From: an uncultured candidate division Zixibacteria bacterium
Lineage (GTDB): Bacteria; Zixibacteria; MSB-5A5; UBA10806
Assembly: GCA_963817915.1 (NCBI GenBank)
Contig: CAWFQL010000011.1
Coordinates: 192,001 to 256,000 of the forward strand
Direction: 5' to 3'
Length of the DNA stretch: 64,000 nt
The position numbers and the translations under genes were made by a program. Positions within the stretch are counted from its first letter, which is position 1. Each line of letters opens with the position of its first letter. This document shows positions 30,454 through 39,192 of this stretch, one piece after another. Under the pieces are notes generated by a model, which worked only from the letters and a program-made list of their open reading frames with translations, searched no databases and was not told where the DNA came from.

Positions 30454-30834
30454 ATGGCAATCAAAACAGTAAATAACATTCAGCCGATTCAAGGCGATGC
30501 CTCGATCTCACGCCAACCGAAAGCTGGAAATCAAATAAATTCGGATTCGAAATTCAGGAATCTCCTGGATAATTCGCTTTCGAATCTAAAATTCTCAGGT
30601 CATGCCCTCAATCGTCTTTCGGACAGGGGAGTCGTAATGACGAACGAGAAGACCGAGCGTTTGATGAAGGCGGTCGATACTGCTGAAAATAAAGGATCGA
30701 AAGATTCATTAGTATTGCTCGATGAATTGGCGTTTGTGGTTTCCGTTAAGAATCGAACGGTAATTACCGCATGCGATATGTCGGGTTTCAAAGAGGGAGT
30801 ATTTACTAAAATCGATAGTACAATATTTGGATAA
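30454..30834 (+). CDS. Flagellar operon protein, TIGR02530-like
   Basis: LKFSGHALNRLSDRG...KGSKDSLVLL..AFVVSVKNRTVITA..VFTKIDS; position between flgD and flgE. Confidence 0.85.
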   Translation: MAIKTVNNIQPIQGDASISRQPKAGNQINSDSKFRNLLDNSLSNLKFSGHALNRLSDRGVVMTNEKTERLMKAVDTAENKGSKDSLVLLDELAFVVSVKNRTVITACDMSGFKEGVFTKIDSTIFG

Positions 30835-30842
30835 TAATAAAC

Positions 30843-30916
30843 GGCTGGACCCCTTTCGGGGAGGCCATTACCCGCATCAGAATGATGCGGCTTTACGCTT
30901 GTGCGATATCAAGCGT
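30843..30916 (+). ncRNA. Candidate structured cis-RNA in the flgE leader (three hairpins)
   Basis: GGCT-GGA-CCCC-TTTC-GGGG-A-GGCC; CCGCATCA-GAA-TGATGCGG; ACGCTTG-N8-CAAGCGT; then SD GGAGGG. Confidence 0.55.
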
Positions 30917-30933
30917 TCTGGAGGGAACTTAAA

Positions 30934-33241
30934 ATGATGGCATCACTTTTCGCGGGCGTATCAGGTCTGAAAAATCACCAGGTAAGAATGAACGTGGTTG
31001 GCGACAATATCTCCAACGTCAATACAATCGGTTATAAGTCCGGTAGAGCGACATTTCAGGAAGCGCTGGTTCAGACCATGCGCGGCGCCGGTCGACCGAC
31101 GACGACATCGGGCGGTACCAATCCGTTGCAGCTGGGATTAGGCATGAGCCTTTCGACAATTGATAACTTGTTCTTGCAGGGCGGTCTGGAAACAACAGGT
31201 CAGATAACCGATTTAGCTTTGCAGGGAACCGGGTTCTTTATTCTTTCCGATGGCCAACAGCAATATTATACAAGGGCAGGAGCGTTTGGGTTCGACGCTA
31301 ACTCCAACATGGTAAATCCCAGCAATGGCTATATTCTTCAGGGAAAATTAGCTGATGTTGACGGCACTATACCTGCTAATGCGTCGGTCGGTGATATAAC
31401 TCTGCCATTCGGGCAGCAAACACCTGCACGCATGACATCGCGTGTTCAATTGGGAATGAATCTTAATGCCGCAGCCACCGATTCGACAGCATCACTGGCA
31501 TCGGCCGGCACTTCAAATATTACGACAGTCTCAGGCCAGGCCACAAACGGAGCCGGCGGACAGCACGTAATCACTATTATTGGAAATAACGCTCAATATT
31601 CTCAAGCGTCAGGCGCTCATGGTCTGGTGCTGACCGATGTTGCCGCCGCCGATGTTGGCGCGGTAGCCGGCGCGGGTGGATCAGGGACGTTGCCTGCTGA
31701 CAATTATGTTTATACCGTAGTAGCGGTCAATTCGCTTGGTCAATCGACAGGACAAGAAATAACCGTTAATGGAGTCCCAGCCAATGGCTCAGTAGCTCTA
31801 ACTATAAACTACGCGGATGCTGACGCTACATCTGTCAGAGTCTATCGCAGAACACAGGGCGGAACTTATTCGAGCACATTGGGCGGATTAGTTTATGAAA
31901 GTCCTTATACATCTCCAGGGCCTCTGGCCTGGACCGATGACGGTTCGGTATCTGGTAATGGAGCAACACCTCCAGCTGTCAATACAACTTTGGCGCTTTC
32001 CGGACAAGAAGTGCTAGGAAGTAATCTTGGAGTCACCGATCTATCCGGTTTCAGAATAGCCGCGGATAATGGTTCCTGGATTTCACTTTCACAGCTGACA
32101 TTAAGCTCTACAGTAAATGACCTTATATCGGCGATTAATTCCTCAGTACCCGGTGTAACCGCGTCTCTAGTAGGCGGACAGATCCACGTGCAGCGTGATT
32201 ACGCCGGCAGCCCGTCGGTCTATAATGTAGCGATTCAGGATACCGTAACATCAGATTTGTGTGCTAAGCTTTTTGGCGCGGCAACTTTTAATGCCAATAA
32301 CGGATCCGCTTCCACACTGGAAGCTACGGATGTGTTCACACCCACAGGAGGCGCACCGCAGCCTGCAGAAACTTTAAATCTGGTCTATAACGATATTACC
32401 GGTATAGTTACTGGAATTTCGGGATTAGGCAATGGCGGCGTGACTGTTTCTGCCGGGGCGGGCGGCCTTGTAGGCGATCCTGACGGAGCAGGTCCTTTGG
32501 GATCATCAACATTGACCATCGACACTGCCGATACTCAGCATGCCACTTCGATTACGGTATTTGATTCTCAGGGTGGCAAGCATAATATGACAATGACATT
32601 CACCAAAAGCTGGCTGCCAAACCAGTGGTTCTGGGAAGCAAATCTTGGCGCGGGCGAGATCGTCCGTTCGGGCGGTTCAGGTGTTGTCAATTTCAATGCC
32701 GATGGATCATTGAGTTCATTCGATTATAATGGTGGAGCCACTCAATTACGTGTCGATCCCGAATAACGGCGCCGCTGAAATGGCTGTTGATCTTTTCGCA
32801 GGAACCGCCAGCGGATTCGACGGATTGACAGGTTTTTCATCTGAATCTACTGCGGCCGCCAGAAGCCAGGATGGTTACGGAATGGGAATTCTTTCGAATA
32901 TCAGTATCGATCCCAGCGGAACCATTACCGGTATTTTCACCAATGGCGTCTCCCGGGTATTGGCTCAAATTTATATTGCTGAATTCAACAATACCGGCGG
33001 TCTTCTGAAAGGCGGAAAGAGCCTATTCCAGGCTTCGGCAAATTCCGGTTCAGCGATTCTTGGAGTAGCGGGCCAGACAACGTCATCGACAATAACATCC
33101 GGCGCCCTTGAAATATCCAATGTCGATTTGGCGCAGGAATTTACCAACATGATAGTTTCTCAGCGTGGCTTCCAGGCCAACGCGAGAGTCATTACGACAT
33201 CCGATGAAATGCTAAATGAATTGGTATCATTGAAGAGATAA
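30934..33241 (+). CDS. flgE: Flagellar hook protein FlgE (~768 aa, large insert), one extra base near 32760
   Basis: SLFAGVSGL..NISNVNTIGYK, YTRAGAF in ORF 30901-32766; GALEISNVDLAQEFTNMIVSQRGFQAN in ORF 32729-33241; join at GATCCC(G)AATAAC. Confidence 0.9.
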
Positions 33242-33251
33242 AATCACAAGC

Positions 33252-33275
33252 CGGAGGGGGAGCGATCCCCCTCCG
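33252..33275 (+). other. Stable GNRA-loop hairpin after the flgE stop, no U-tract
   Basis: CGGAGGGGGA-GCGA-TCCCCCTCCG. Confidence 0.65.
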
Positions 33276-33295
33276 CGTGATGAAAGCCGCAAAAA

Positions 33296-33520
33296 GTGAT
33301 CAACGTAACGCGTTTAGATAATACCCGACTGGTAATCAATTCAGAGTTGATCGAGTTCGTGGAGTCAATTCCGGAGACAATCGTCTCCTTGACCACGGGC
33401 AAAAAGATAATGGTAAAAGAAACTATCGAAGATATCATCGCTGAAGTCGTGGAATTCAAAAGGAAATGCGCGATTTTGACGATAAAGAAGGATGAAGGAG
33501 GGATAACCGACAATGCCTGA
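33296..33520 (+). CDS. flbD: FlbD (SwrD) family flagellar protein
   Basis: MINVTRL..LVINSELIEFVESIPETIVSLTTGKKIMVKE. Confidence 0.9.
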   Translation: MINVTRLDNTRLVINSELIEFVESIPETIVSLTTGKKIMVKETIEDIIAEVVEFKRKCAILTIKKDEGGITDNA

Positions 33521-34070
33521 TACCGCCACTAAGGAAAAAATTGAAGACGATGAAATGATGGAGGATGAAAAGTCGGAAGAATCTGCCAAATCGAAAAAAT
33601 CGGGTGGCATGATGCAGACGGCAATAATCATCGCCTTATTTCAAGTAGTCATTGCAGTTGGAGCATACTTTTTTATCAAAATGGCAATAGCTCCACATAT
33701 GAAAAATGTCCCCGCATCATCGGGACAGAGCCAGGCCGAAAAATCAAACGCTGAGTCTCAGGGAGCCCGCGAAGTCAAGTTGATTGAAAATATCGTAGTT
33801 AATCCGGCCGGAACGAACGGCACACGCTATTTGTCAACATCGATTGGGCTCGAACTGGATAAAACGCCGGAAGGCGAAAAGCTAATGGAAGAAAAAACGC
33901 CGGTAATCCGAGACATAATAATTGCGGTGCTAACATCGAAAACATTGGAAGAATTAAGCTCGGCTGAAGGCAAAGATAATATAAGGACCGAAATACAAAG
34001 TAAATTGAGTGAAGCCATCGCTCCTGTAAAGGTTCACCGGATTTATTTTGTGGATTACGTGCTTCAATAG
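33513..34070 (+). CDS. fliL: Basal body-associated protein FliL
   Basis: Single TM; IVVNP, PVIRD..L.SK, IYFVDYVLQ. Confidence 0.9.
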   Translation: MPDTATKEKIEDDEMMEDEKSEESAKSKKSGGMMQTAIIIALFQVVIAVGAYFFIKMAIAPHMKNVPASSGQSQAEKSNAESQGAREVKLIENIVVNPAGTNGTRYLSTSIGLELDKTPEGEKLMEEKTPVIRDIIIAVLTSKTLEELSSAEGKDNIRTEIQSKLSEAIAPVKVHRIYFVDYVLQ

Positions 34071-34072
34071 AT

Positions 34073-35056
34073 ATGGCCAAAGTACTTTCACAAGACGAAA
34101 TTGATGCCCTACTTACTAATGTAGGGGATGCCCCGGAATCGCCTGCCGAACCGGAGCCGTTGCCGCAGACTACGAGCAACAGGAAAGCTGTCTCGTATGA
34201 TTTCAGGCACCCCAACAGAGTATCGAAAGATCAATTGCGGACGCTCGAATCGCTCCACGACAATTTCGCCAGCCAATTGGGCTCGTCGTTGTCGGGTTTT
34301 ACGAGATCGGTCGTCGATGTTGACCTTTTGTCGGTGGATCAAATTACATATTCTGAGTTTATTATCTCATTGGTTGCGCCTTCATGCACATATGTTGTTT
34401 CCATGCACCCGCTCGAGGGACTGGGAATTATCGATTTCAATCCATCGGTGGCTTTTTCGTTTGTTGATCGCATGTTCGGTGGTAGGGGGAAGACAATCAC
34501 CGCTGAACGTGAATTGACCGGAATCGAAAAATCAATCATGTTTAAGGTAGTCGGAAGAGCATTTGCTGCGCTCACCAAATCTTGGGAGCATGTCATAAAA
34601 CTGGAATTTGCCCAATCCGCGTTCGAAACTAACCCGCAATTCATTCAAATTATTCCGCCGGGCGAAACGGTGATAGTAGTCTCTATGCAGGTTAAGATGC
34701 TATCATCTTCAGGGATTGTGACCGTATGTTATCCATATCTATCATTGGAATCTATAATGGATAAGTTATCCGCCCAGCATTGGATCGATGCCAACAAGCG
34801 GAATGCCGATAAAAATGCTCTGGAGACTAATACCAGGCAGCTTTCCAATGTCAGAGCCGACCTTGTGGCAATCCTTGGCGAAACCAAATTGACCTTAAAA
34901 GAACTGATCGATATTAAGCCGGGGGATGTAATTAGACTTGATGCATTTGAAAATGATGAAATTGGCCTTTACGTCGGGGCGAAGCCGAAATTTCTGGCTA
35001 GACCCGGTCTATCCGGAAATCAAAAGGCTGTCAAAATAACTGACGTTGTAGCATAG
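34073..35056 (+). CDS. fliM: Motor switch protein FliM
   Basis: VLSQDEIDALL (CheY-binding peptide), YDFRHP, RELTGIE. Confidence 0.96.
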   Translation: MAKVLSQDEIDALLTNVGDAPESPAEPEPLPQTTSNRKAVSYDFRHPNRVSKDQLRTLESLHDNFASQLGSSLSGFTRSVVDVDLLSVDQITYSEFIISLVAPSCTYVVSMHPLEGLGIIDFNPSVAFSFVDRMFGGRGKTITAERELTGIEKSIMFKVVGRAFAALTKSWEHVIKLEFAQSAFETNPQFIQIIPPGETVIVVSMQVKMLSSSGIVTVCYPYLSLESIMDKLSAQHWIDANKRNADKNALETNTRQLSNVRADLVAILGETKLTLKELIDIKPGDVIRLDAFENDEIGLYVGAKPKFLARPGLSGNQKAVKITDVVA

Positions 35057-35065
35057 GTGGAGAAT

Positions 35066-35605
35066 ATGACAGAAAATGGTATGGACAATGGCAAAATTGA
35101 AGAGCCGAATTCGGGTTTAGAGGCCCAGAATATCGACGGAGATATTGCCAAGAACCTGGAGGGACTCTCCGAGCCGGGCGATCAGCCAGGCATTGTTGAG
35201 CCCAAAGTCGGCGCGAAAGCCGAACTCAGCCAGGAAGACCTCATAAGCCTTGGTCTCGGCGATACCAAAGAATTCGAAATGGCCATGAACCAGGTCAAGG
35301 CCAAAAATTTCGAGCAATTGCCCGAGACATCTCAGCAAAAACCGCAGAGAAGCATCGATATGCTGATGGATGTTACTCTTCCGATCGCAATCGAATTGGG
35401 AAGAACCAATATGACTATTGGCAATATCCTCAACCTGGGGCCTGGTTCAGTTGTCGAGCTTAATAAACTCGCCGGTGAACCGGTCGACCTGCTTGTAAAT
35501 GACAAATTGATAGCGCGTGGTGAGGTAGTAGTAGTCGATGAAAATTTTGGAATTCGTATTACATCGATGATCTCACAGCAGGAACGCATCAAGAGTTTAA
35601 GATGA
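35066..35605 (+). CDS. fliN: Motor switch protein FliN
   Basis: DV.L.I.IELGRT, LAGEPVD, GEVVVVDENFGIRIT. Confidence 0.93.
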   Translation: MTENGMDNGKIEEPNSGLEAQNIDGDIAKNLEGLSEPGDQPGIVEPKVGAKAELSQEDLISLGLGDTKEFEMAMNQVKAKNFEQLPETSQQKPQRSIDMLMDVTLPIAIELGRTNMTIGNILNLGPGSVVELNKLAGEPVDLLVNDKLIARGEVVVVDENFGIRITSMISQQERIKSLR

Positions 35606-36075
35606 TTCGTCGAATAGCCTTGATTTTTATAATCGCCATCCTGGTGATTCCGGGATGTGTTTTTGCGCAGCAGGCGAATCATGATTCACTCATGGTTCCG
35701 TCGGCTCAGTCGTTTGCTCCATCTATGATGGGTATTATAGCCAAATTAGTCATATCATTGATCCTTATTGTCGGATTAATCTACGCCTCGATGTTTTTCC
35801 TCAAAAAAATCAATGCCAGAGCCTCCGGCGGAGGTACAGTAGGGGATATTATTAAAATTGTGGGGAGGACTTTCCTATCCCCGAAACAATGCCTTTATCT
35901 GGTCAAGATAGGGGAGAAGTATATGGTACTCGGCGCCACCGAAGGCAGTATTAATTTAATCGATCATATAAGTCAGGCAGAATTTGAAGAATTGAAAAAA
36001 AATAATATAAAAGCAAATGATGTTAATCCGCAGTCTAAGTTTGCCATGATGTTGAAGGGAATAGTCAGACCTTGA
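35602..36075 (+). CDS. fliO: Export protein FliO
   Basis: Signal + TM; LSPKQCLYLVKIG..VLGAT; between fliN and fliP. Confidence 0.85.
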   Translation: MIRRIALIFIIAILVIPGCVFAQQANHDSLMVPSAQSFAPSMMGIIAKLVISLILIVGLIYASMFFLKKINARASGGGTVGDIIKIVGRTFLSPKQCLYLVKIGEKYMVLGATEGSINLIDHISQAEFEELKKNNIKANDVNPQSKFAMMLKGIVRP

Positions 36076-36818
36076 AAAAGCTCGTTCTTATTTTATTAAT
36101 TGCAGGTCTTGTACTTTCAATAGCATCACCGGGATTTACCCAGACAATTCCCAAGATTTCTATTCAGGTGGATAAATCGGATTCACCGAAGGATTTATCG
36201 GTAGCCCTTCAGATCCTGCTTTTCATGACAATCCTGACATTGGCGCCGGCCATCCTGATGATGATGACGTCTTTTGTCAGAATCGTTGTAGTATTTTCAT
36301 TTTTGCGACAGGCAATTGGTACACAGCAAATGCCGCCGAATCAACTATTGATAGGCCTGGCATTGATATTGACCGCTTTCATTATGGGGCCCAGGATTGA
36401 GACAATCAATCAAACCGCTATCCAGCCCTATATGCGCGGCGAAATAAACCAAAAACAGGCATATGATATCGGGATAATACCTATCCGTGAATTTATGCTG
36501 AGGCAGGTAAGGGAAAAGGATTTGGCCTTATTTGTATCCCTTGCCCATATTCCTCAGCCCAAAACTCCCGATGATATTCCAACTCATTTGATCATTCCGG
36601 GTTTTGTGATATCGGAATTAAGAATCGCGTTTCAGATTGGTTTTATTTTGTACATTCCATTTCTGATTATCGATATGGTCGTTGCCACAGTGCTAATGTC
36701 CATGGGTATGATGATGTTGCCGCCCATAATGGTATCATTGCCATTCAAGGTGCTTCTGTTCGTGTTGGTGGATGGATGGTATCTGATTGTCAAATCATTA
36801 GTGGAAAGTTTTCATTGA
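36072..36818 (+). CDS. fliP: Export gate protein FliP
   Basis: MMTSFVRI, GTQQMPPNQ, MGMMMLPP, FVLVDGW. Confidence 0.97.
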   Translation: MKKLVLILLIAGLVLSIASPGFTQTIPKISIQVDKSDSPKDLSVALQILLFMTILTLAPAILMMMTSFVRIVVVFSFLRQAIGTQQMPPNQLLIGLALILTAFIMGPRIETINQTAIQPYMRGEINQKQAYDIGIIPIREFMLRQVREKDLALFVSLAHIPQPKTPDDIPTHLIIPGFVISELRIAFQIGFILYIPFLIIDMVVATVLMSMGMMMLPPIMVSLPFKVLLFVLVDGWYLIVKSLVESFH

Positions 36819-36885
36819 TCTGAAATTGCGAAGTAAATATTAATTTATTCAATAACGTGAATTACAGCAAACTGGGGATATTCGA

Positions 36886-37155
36886 ATGAGCACAGAATTT
36901 ATTGTCGAATTAGCTCGAAGTTCAATTTACACAACACTACTTGTATCCGCGCCGATGCTTATTTTGGCCCTGATTGTAGGCCTTGCCATTTCAATCCTGC
37001 AGGCGATCACCCAGATTCAAGAAATGACGTTAACATTTATCCCCAAAATAGTCGCAGTTGGAATCGCTCTGGTAGTATTTTTACCATGGATGATAAACAC
37101 GCTGGTCACTTACACCGCCCAATTGCTATCGCTAATACCTACCCTGGCTCGCTAA
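36886..37155 (+). CDS. fliQ: Export gate protein FliQ
   Basis: QAITQIQEMTLTFIPKI. Confidence 0.96.
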   Translation: MSTEFIVELARSSIYTTLLVSAPMLILALIVGLAISILQAITQIQEMTLTFIPKIVAVGIALVVFLPWMINTLVTYTAQLLSLIPTLAR

Positions 37156-37286
37156 GGTAGATTTTTTCTCCTATCTCGGAATAATTTTCCCAGTCAATAG
37201 ATAAAACTCGTTTTCAGTCTTCGTGTTTGGCGAAGTAACTGCAAATAATATAACAGGTTAACTTTATTCTATTCCCTAATCCTTTA

Positions 37287-37302
37287 CGGCACATCGCTTG
37301 CT
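37287..37302 (+). promoter_or_regulatory. sigma54 promoter of fliR-flhB-flhA operon
   Basis: CGGCACATCGCTTGCT (GG-N10-GC). Confidence 0.75.
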
Positions 37303-37339
37303 TTAAAGCATTGACGATATGGGGAAAGAATAGGGAAAA

Positions 37340-38128
37340 ATGTCACCGATTGAAATTTCAGCAGCCAACTTCGAAAAATTTCTAATGGTATTGATGAGAG
37401 TGGGCGGAATGATGTTTACCGCGCCGCTCTTTAGCCATCGCAACATACCGCCGATGGCGAAAATTGGACTAATTGGCATTTTCTCATTGGTTCTGGTGCC
37501 GGTTATCCCATCGCCACCACCTGAACTATTAAATGATCTGGGCTCGGTTATCGGTGTAGTGGCAAAGGAGTTAGTGGCGGGCCTTCTAATGGGATTTATG
37601 GCCACGACAATAATGATCGGGATTCAAGTGGCGGGTGAGCTCGTCGCCTTCCAAATGGGTTTTGCGATAGTTCAAGCACTCGATCCATCGTCCTCAAGCA
37701 ATGTTTCGATTATATCCGAATTCCAATTCATAATGGCGATCTTGATTTTCCTCGCTATCGACGGTCATCATCTTTTGATCAACGCTGTCGCTGGAAGTTT
37801 CCAGGTTATCCCGCCCGGTATGATAAATTTTTCGAGCGCGTCGGTTGAAGTAGCAATAAGATTTTGTATCAATGTTCTCGCCATCGGCTTGAAAATCGGC
37901 GCGCCGGTCATCGTCACATTATTCCTGACAGATGTCGCGCTCGGCATCATGGCGCGCACCGTGCCCCAGATGAATGTCTTCATCGTAGGTATGCCGTTGA
38001 AAATAGGGACAGGGTTCCTAATTCTAGCCGCATCGTTTCCGTTTTTCAGCTACGTTTTTACGAAACTGCTTCAAAGCATGGATCGTGATCTAACCAGACT
38101 TATAACCGCATTGGCGCCGAGGACCTGA
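37340..38128 (+). CDS. fliR: Export gate protein FliR
   Basis: QMGF, DGHH, ARTVPQMNVFIVGMPLK. Confidence 0.96.
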   Translation: MSPIEISAANFEKFLMVLMRVGGMMFTAPLFSHRNIPPMAKIGLIGIFSLVLVPVIPSPPPELLNDLGSVIGVVAKELVAGLLMGFMATTIMIGIQVAGELVAFQMGFAIVQALDPSSSSNVSIISEFQFIMAILIFLAIDGHHLLINAVAGSFQVIPPGMINFSSASVEVAIRFCINVLAIGLKIGAPVIVTLFLTDVALGIMARTVPQMNVFIVGMPLKIGTGFLILAASFPFFSYVFTKLLQSMDRDLTRLITALAPRT

Positions 38129-39192
38129 TGGCTGATACATCATTCCAGGAAAAAACCGAACAGGCATCGCCAAAAAGGCGTGAGGATGCGCGCAAGAAAG
38201 GGCAAGTAGCCCGTTCGATGGAATTGAATTCGGTAGCGATCCTCTTTTTTGGTCTTATGTCGTTGACGTTTTTCTCCGGCTGGTTTTATCAGGGTCTCAG
38301 GCAATCATTCATATCAAACTACGCGATGATTGCCAATATCGATTTAACCGCGGTAAAGGCTTATGAGATTTTCAGAGTCAACGGTTTTGAATTGTTAAAG
38401 ATCATGTTTCCGATGCTGGCCGTAATGATGGTGGCGGGAGTTTTGGTAAATTTCGCCCAGGTAGGGCTTCATTTCACACCCGAACCAATCATACCTAAGG
38501 CCGAAAAGCTCAATTTCACGAAAGGGTTCTCACGCATATTTTCTAAAAAGACCGTCGTTGAGCTCTTCCGTGACGTTATCAAGATCTCAATCATAGGGTA
38601 CATTTCATATATAACGATCAGAGATGAAATCCCCAATTTCCTGCCGTTAGCGGATCAGGAATTGAGCCAGATCATGTCATTCGCTGGAATGATGGCTCTC
38701 AAGGTAGGGCTTCGAGTTGCGCTGGCGCTGTTCCTTTTGGCAATTCTCGACTACGCGTTCCAAAAATTCGAATTCGAGAAAACTATTCGAATGAGCAAGC
38801 AGGAAGTCAAAGAAGAATATAAGGAATTTGAAGGCGATCCTCAGATAAAGGCCAGAATCAGACGCATTCAGCGGGAAATGTCTCGTCGCAGGATGATCCA
38901 AGAAGTTGAGAAGGCCGATGTCGTGATAACGAACCCGACTCACCTTGCGGTCGCGCTGCGATATGATATGGATAAAGATTCCGCTCCCACAGTCGTGGCC
39001 AAAGGCGAACGGCTGATCGCTCAGAAAATAAAAGAAGTCGCCAAAAAATTCAATATTCCGATAGTCGAGGACAAGCCTCTCGCGAGAGCATTATTCGAAA
39101 CAGTCGATATAGGAATGCAAATACCTATGAAACTGTATCGGGCAGTCGCGGAAGTGCTGGCATATGTCTATAAGCAGAAGGGTAAAATCTAA
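38128..39192 (+). CDS. flhB: Export switch protein FlhB
   Basis: EKTEQ..KKGQV, EGDPQIK, NPTH autocleavage motif. Confidence 0.97.
   Translation: MADTSFQEKTEQASPKRREDARKKGQVARSMELNSVAILFFGLMSLTFFSGWFYQGLRQSFISNYAMIANIDLTAVKAYEIFRVNGFELLKIMFPMLAVMMVAGVLVNFAQVGLHFTPEPIIPKAEKLNFTKGFSRIFSKKTVVELFRDVIKISIIGYISYITIRDEIPNFLPLADQELSQIMSFAGMMALKVGLRVALALFLLAILDYAFQKFEFEKTIRMSKQEVKEEYKEFEGDPQIKARIRRIQREMSRRRMIQEVEKADVVITNPTHLAVALRYDMDKDSAPTVVAKGERLIAQKIKEVAKKFNIPIVEDKPLARALFETVDIGMQIPMKLYRAVAEVLAYVYKQKGKI

Noticed and set aside
30843..30916. c-di-GMP riboswitch or terminator upstream of flgE
   Set aside because: No GEMM-like GAAA tetraloop/receptor pattern and no U-tract; kept only as an unassigned structured RNA
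32750..32770. Programmed frameshift in flgE
   Set aside because: No canonical slippery heptamer or stimulatory structure seen; other indels in the window point to assembly error
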